A stretch of DNA of 63,685 nucleotides, counting the filler, from Craspedostauros australis (taxonomy: Eukaryota), in assembly GCA_030167865.1 (NCBI GenBank). It is 10 parts of 10 records of this genome, joined end to end, with 100 filler letters (N's around TTAATTAATTAA, not from the genome) between each part and the next. Parts side by side here need not be neighbours in the genome. Positions count along the whole stretch, not along the records: positions 57,630 to 58,860 come from JALAGF010002487.1; positions 58,961 to 60,039 come from JALAGF010002490.1; positions 60,140 to 61,393 come from JALAGF010002491.1; positions 61,494 to 62,534 come from JALAGF010002492.1; positions 62,635 to 63,685 come from JALAGF010002495.1; 5 more parts are not named here. One strand, written 5' to 3'. The notes below the pieces were generated by a model. That model was not told where the DNA came from. It saw only the letters and a program-made list of their open reading frames with translations, and made no database searches. Numbering within the stretch: the first letter of the stretch is position 1; each line of letters begins with the position of its first letter. The position numbers and the translations under genes were made by a program. Positions 57,630 through 63,685 of this stretch are shown piece by piece.

Positions 57630-58860
57630 CTCCATGCTCAACGGAGCACAGCTCGACGAAGAGTATAGGCATGGCCTGTGGGCAGCAGCTGCTAGCACTG
57701 CCACCGCCATCGCTAACATCACCGTAGCGAAGAATCAAAAGGAGTCACCACATCGACAATTCTTTGGCAACGATCCACCATACGCAGATGCACTCCGCAC
57801 ATTCGGAGAGGTGGGTGTTGTGAAGACTACCTACGGCGGGATCACCGCTAAACTCAAGAATAGAGGAGAAGAGATGGTGTTCATCGGATATGCACACCAA
57901 CATGCATCAGGGGTCTACAACATGTACAGACCATCGACCAAATCACTCATTTGTTCACGCGACATCAAGTGGCTCAACCAATCATACGGACAGTTCCGTG
58001 GCTGGGCACCAGCACCGAACGTATCCAACGAAACAGAAACAACGGACGCAGACGGCTTCACGACCATCGGACGGAAGGGAGCAATGCCAAGGACGGCAAC
58101 ACGTCAAATATCAGAAGCGAAGAGAGTATCTTTCGCTGACAGCAACAGGTATTATATCCTATCGGATAGTGACGATGAGGATGACGAGGACGATGGAGTA
58201 GTAACTCAACTAATCCATAACGACGAGGAAGATCGGAGCGAATCCAATCATGAGGATAACGAGATCATACCATCCGGCGACGAAGCCGACGATGACACAG
58301 GCATCACTCCTCCGAATACACCAGCGAAGTCTACACATGATACACCATCCAGACCTCCACCGAGTAAGCCAAGCAAACGTGACATAGACAGAAAGGAGAG
58401 GATCCGACGTCACGAAGCACGAGGCAGGAAGGGAGAAGCTAATCCCAAACCAACTACAGGGAAGAGCATTCCCAGAGCTCTGCGTGAGCTCGAAGACTTC
58501 AACGAACGAGGTCGAAAGGAAGAAGGATATGAAAGCGATCCATCATCGAACGAAGACAGTGATGAACTCAGCGACGAGGAGATCGACGACTCCAACAACG
58601 AAACTACAGATGACGAAGAGATTGCAGATGAAGAAGAGATCGAAATCACTCACTATAGCACAACAGGACTATATGGGATGAACGCAATCATCAACAACGC
58701 ACCAGGAATCGACGTCGGATTATCGATGCAGGACGAGAACAAGGAACCAGAGAAGCACATCGAACCTACAACATTCGATGGAGCCTTCAATCATCCAGAC
58801 CCTATTCATCAAAAGGGATATCGAGCAGCCATCAAGAAAGAGTTCGACTCCATGGACACA
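57630..58860 (+). mobile_element. Ty1/copia LTR retrotransposon pol fragment (integrase C-terminus, linker, start of RT)
   Basis: LWAAAASTA, LRTFGE, KLKNRG..MVFIGYA, SRDIKWLN, EPTTF...AAIKKEFDSM. Confidence 0.9.
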
Positions 58861-58960
58861 NNNNNNNNNNNNNNNNNNNNNNNNNNNNNNNNNNNNNNNN
58901 NNNNTTAATTAATTAANNNNNNNNNNNNNNNNNNNNNNNNNNNNNNNNNNNNNNNNNNNN

Positions 58961-60039
58961 TAGTCGGAGACTGAATCTACGAAACAGATTGAAGCACCGA
59001 GAGCATCGGGCAAGAGAACGGGTGTACACCAAGAGGATTGGAGTGCCAAAGTAATGAAATAGCAAACGAACGACTATCAACCAACACCATCTTCCACGAT
59101 CGTAGGTTACCGTGAGCGGAACTTGCCAACAGACCAACTGGGGATGAATACAATGTGAATGACCAAGTTGTTGACTTGCTCATTGCTCAGATCAACTTCC
59201 CGGAACTTGGCACTTGTGAACTATTGTAGAGCTTGTCAGCGATGCCCCCCATCGCCTCTTCCTTGACTTGTTCTGCTGAAGTTTGTTTGGCATTGTTGGC
59301 TTCCATTTTTGGGTTGGTGTGTTGCTGCCATGGGACTGTGCACGGACACCAGAACCAGACCACCATCATTGCAGTTGGCAAAGCTGACACCAATGGGCAA
59401 GGATGAGGGTGGTGCTAGTGCGACAGGCATCAATGAGATGAATCTGGAGGCAGTGGATGGTTGTTACAAGGATAACAAAGGTGGAGCTGAGGGGGTAGGT
59501 CCCAGCATGGGGCCTTGAATCACCATGGTCTTGGGAGGGAGAAGCTTGTTGGCCATGTTCAAGAATGTATGTGAGTTGGGCACATGAGTTGTCCTGGTCA
59601 AGGTGGGGAAAGACAGCCATGGATACAGTTCTGGCTGCCTCTGTTATCATCCTGGTTTGGATCATTGTCTTGCTGGCTTCTGTATTCTGGACATTTGCTC
59701 TTTGTTGGTTGCTTGTGGTTGGCTCCTGAGTTTGGTTTTTGGTGTTGATGGGTAGGCTGTCTCTACACTTGATGGGTGGATTTGTGGGTATGGTGGGTAT
59801 TGCCCTGAAGGGATCGCTGTTGGAGTTGCAATGGAGCTGCAATGAAATTTTCTCTGCTGAGAGGGAAGGGAATGGCGTTTTTCCAGCCCCTAGATGCCCG
59901 GGTGACCACGGGTAACCCCCAAGTGTAAGTGTTGGTAGGCAGATACATTCAGACACCATTCAGATAGTGGTGGGAGAGCAGAGTAGTTTGGGACATCAGC
60001 ATTTCCTTCAGTTGGTTCTCTCTCAGGTTTACTCACACT
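58961..60039. repeat. Unclassified CpG-depleted contig, probably a decayed transposon
   Basis: Only 6 CpG counted in 59261-60039; no recognisable ORF; sits among TE contigs. Confidence 0.45.
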
Positions 60040-60139
60040 NNNNNNNNNNNNNNNNNNNNNNNNNNNNNNNNNNNNNNNNNNNNTTAATTAATTAANNNNN
60101 NNNNNNNNNNNNNNNNNNNNNNNNNNNNNNNNNNNNNNN

Positions 60140-61393
60140 TGGTTTGTTAGGGTGGGTACCCTTTGCGGTGGCGCGGTGTTCACGCCTGTCATGACTGGAT
60201 CCGCTGCGATGGTCTGGATTATGGATCTGATCGTTCCATGGACGATGTTCTTCCATGGGATNNNNNNNNNNNNNNNNNNNNNNNNNNNNNNNNNNNNNNN
60301 NNNNNNNNNNNNNNNNNNNNNNNNNNNNNNNNNNNNNNNNNNNNNNNNNNGTTGGTATGATGGTGGTCCCGACGAACACGGAAGGTACGAAGACCCTGGG
60401 TCAGAGTCTCCCCTGTCTGGCGTATCGCGGTTCGTTCGCGGATTGTCCTTCTCGGTGGTACGCGTCGTGGGTGCCTTCGCTGTCCGTTTGGTTAGCGTTT
60501 GGGATCGGGTGACGGGTCCTGTGTTCCGTACCTCCCCTGAATTGGGGATCCCGGTGGGTCGCGTCGGTTTGTTGGTCTTGTTCTCCCATGCCCGTGGGTG
60601 CGTCGTCTTGGCCGNNNNNNNNNNNNNNNNNNNNNNNNNNNNNNNNNNNNNNNNNNNNNNNNNNNNNNNNNNNNNNNNNNNNNNNNNNNNNNNNNNNNNN
60701 NNNNNNNNNTCGGGGTCCATGTCTTGGTCGAAGGTGACACGCCTGTTGTTGTTTATACCCTTCCTGAAGGGGCGGACCACGCTTCGTACCAGTACACATC
60801 GAGATTCGTCATCCAGCACGTGGTATGTGAGGAAATCCCCATGGGACTCTGCCACACCGAGCCAGTACCCTGATTTCTCCTTCGAATTCGGAAAGGTAGC
60901 GTTGGGGTCATGGTACAAGACCTTCTCGTAGAATTGGAAGGTCAAGAGCGCAGAGATGTCGACGGTCTCTCCGTGTCGTACGGTGTATGGGATCGCGTAT
61001 CGTAGAGACGGGTCTGATGTGTGGTTGTGCACGTAGCACATGTATCGGAAAGCGTGGAACCATGCTTTTGGTGGTGCCCCTGTCCGGTCAATGAGNNNNN
61101 TGACACATCGCTTCATGTACAGGATGGCGTTGTGCTCGGCCGGGTTCTGTTGCTGGTTATGCGGTTCTGTCAGCCTTGATTTGATGTGGAGGTCCCTAAG
61201 AAGCTTGAGGACCTTTTCTCCGGTCTGCTCCTTTGCGTTGTCGCTGTGGAAGGCCCATGGTGCCCCTTCTGTCCTGATGAAATCCTGGAAGGCGACAAAA
61301 ACCCCTTCCTTCTTCTTCAGGCCGTATGCGTTGATCATGTGGGAGGATGTTCCGTAGAAGATTTGCGCCATGGAGTATCCGTCTCCAAAAGAC
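60140..61393 (-). mobile_element. Diatom CoDi-type Ty1/copia integrase fragment
   Basis: FQDFIRTEGAP...SDNAKEQ...TEPHNQQQNPAE, GETVDISALLTFQFYEKVLY, GYWLGVAESHGDFLTYHVL; contains internal N gaps. Confidence 0.88.
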
Positions 61394-61493
61394 NNNNNNN
61401 NNNNNNNNNNNNNNNNNNNNNNNNNNNNNNNNNNNNNTTAATTAATTAANNNNNNNNNNNNNNNNNNNNNNNNNNNNNNNNNNNNNNNNNNNN

Positions 61494-62534
61494 CCTTTCC
61501 GAACTCGAAGGAGAAGTCAGGATACTGGCTTGGTGTGGCAGAATCCCATGGGGACTTCCTCACATACCACGTGCTAGATGACGAATCTCGACGTGTACTG
61601 GTACGAAGCGTGGTNNNNNNNNNNNNNNNNNNNNNNNNNNNNNNNNNNNGTGTCACCTTCGACCAAGACATGGACCCCGAGGCGGATAACCCCAGCACAC
61701 GGACCCTGCTGGAACTGTCCGGTACCCCACAAGGACGGAAGACCAAGATCCCACCTAAAAGAGGGTACGCAGCGACGGCCAAGACGACACACCCGCGGGC
61801 ATGGGAGCACAAGACCGACAAACTGACGCGACCCACCGGGATCCCTGATTCAGGGGAGGCGCGGAACACAGGACCCGTCACCCGATCCCAAACGCTAACC
61901 AAGCGGACAGCGAAGGCACCCACGACGCGTACCACCGAGAAGGACAATCCGCGAACGAGCCCCGATGCGCCAGACAGGGGAGACTCTGACCCAGGGTCTT
62001 CGTATCTTCCGTGTTCGTCGGGACCACCATCATACCAACGCATGGATGACGGCCCCGAAGAAAGGGGAGGGAATAAGAGGACCAAGCAAAACAAACGATC
62101 TGCTTTGTCAACAGGTACCAGGAAAGGCATCCCATGGAAGAACATCGTCCATGGAACGATCAGATCCATAATCCAGACCATCGCGGCGGATCCAGTCACG
62201 ACAGGTGTGAACACCGCGCCACCGCAAAGGGTACCCACCCTAACAAACCACCCAGGGAACCCGAAGCAGAACCCACCAGGGTGCAACACGAACATCCCAT
62301 GGGACACGACATCCATCTCTTTTGCCTGCAACCTCACGGCAACAGAAGTCAACCAACTCGCATACCTNGCCCAATGTGACCAGTACACCGAAAGAGACAA
62401 CTTCATCCTCGATGGAAGGAACCTCAACTGGAAGGCAAAGGGAATCACCCGTCACCACCACGAGACACGAGAGGATGGAACCACCGAAGCAATCCTAGAG
62501 ATCCTATGGATGAACGGAATGCGATCATGGTGCA
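61494..62534 (+). mobile_element. Second copy of the same CoDi-type element, extending into a chromodomain-like segment
   Basis: Closely matches the reverse complement of 60140-60895; ends WKAKGITRH...ILEILWMNGMRSWC. Confidence 0.85.
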
Positions 62535-62634
62535 NNNNNNNNNNNNNNNNNNNNNNNNNNNNNNNNNNNNNNNNNNNNTTAATTAATTAANNNNNNNNNN
62601 NNNNNNNNNNNNNNNNNNNNNNNNNNNNNNNNNN

Positions 62635-63685
62635 TCTCGTCACTTCCAACCCTTCCCCAGCGATCTGATTTCGTGCATGACCCTCCATGCCGCGAACTCC
62701 ATCCGTTGGACCCATCACCAAAGTGACAGCGGAGTCAGAGACCCAAAGCCGGAGCACTGGGTGCTACCAATCTACTCTGAACGCACAGACCAACACGAGG
62801 TAGCCATGGTGGTCGGCAACACGGACCATGTGAGCGCAAGGCGCTCTTCCATCGCACCGGACAGCTATGAGACCAACACCTGGTTGGGGGATTCGGGCGC
62901 ATCATGCCACCTCACCAACAGCGACGAAGGAATGACCAACGTTCGCGTCTCCAATCAGGACGTGAAGATCGGAAACGGACGCTTCCTCAAGGCAACCAAG
63001 GTCGGGGACAAACGGATGACCGTCATGCAGAAGAATGGAAAGACATCCATCGTCGTACTCAAGTCAGTGAAGTACGTGCCGAAGCTGTGGGTGAACCTGC
63101 TGAGCATCAATAAAGCTCTCGAAAATGGGTTCGACATTAGCAACCGCGGCATCGTGATCAGCCTGAAGAAAGGCAGCGTGCGCATCAGCTTCGACCGCAT
63201 CATGGCGACCCAGAGCGGTTTCGTTTGCGGAGTGAACATGGTGAGCAATGCCAAGGCCGACGACCAAGCTCATGTTGGTGTGTCAACCGACGCACCAGTT
63301 GACATCAACACAATTCATAAAATGTTAGGCCACGTTGACGCGTACACCATCTCTCGAACAGCAGGGAGGTACGGCTGGAACGTGACAGGAAAACTGAACG
63401 TGTGTGTTGACTGCGCGATTGGGAAATCGCGACAGAGACCAATGTCGAAAGCGACTCAACAACGAGCGAAAGGAGTCGGGGATCGATTGTTCATGGACAC
63501 ATCAAGTGTTCAGACACACAGCCTGGGAAAGGGCAAATACTGGCTTCTTGTGATCGACGATTACAGTGACTACTGCTGGAGTTACTTCATCACAGAGAAA
63601 GGCGACGTGGGGTCGAAGATGCTTTTGTTGTTCCAATGGCTCCAGGCGAATCAGCGAGTAACGGTTCAAAATGTCAGATGTGACA
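62635..63685 (+). mobile_element. Ty1/copia pol fragment: protease, GAG-pre-integrase HHCC, integrase start (open frame, absent from the ORF track because it runs off the window)
   Basis: Frame through 62881 reads TWLGDSGASCH...VKYVPKLWVNLLSI...HKMLGH...CVDC...LFMD...YWLLVIDDYSDYCWSYF. Confidence 0.92.

Noticed and set aside
1..63685. tRNA, rRNA, snRNA genes and prokaryotic operons or defence systems
   Set aside because: None recognised by eye; the sequence is intron-containing eukaryotic DNA. A covariance-model scan was not possible.

Overview
This is not a continuous locus. Ten eukaryotic contigs are joined by nine artificial 100-bp linkers (44 N + TTAATTAATTAA + 44 N). Gene content (DUF6824-type protein, CoDi-like Ty1/copia elements, a bipartite-leader SulP, short GT-AG introns) points to a diatom. 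Three long contigs carry ordinary genes: ALG6, EFG1-like, DNAJC11-like, PEX11, a cytochrome P450, a PUB-UBX protein, an EamA pair (one pseudogene), TMA46/ZC3H15-like, STAND ATPases, a bile-acid:sodium symporter, a GALNT fusion, an ankyrin TRP-like channel and SulP. Most short contigs are transposon fragments. The main candidate for something new is contig 1410-2814. Removing a 126-nt GT-AG intron gives one reading frame that joins a YqaJ/lambda-exonuclease-like PD-(D/E)XK segment to a piggyBac-type last catalytic helix and a piggyBac-type Cys-rich tail. Separately, an identical 332-bp DNA-transposon end (GGGGGGCAGTTCAAAATGC..., next to CAG/TAA/CAG flanks) starts three different contigs; whether it belongs to that transposase cannot be seen here. 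All family calls come from motif recognition by eye, not database searches.
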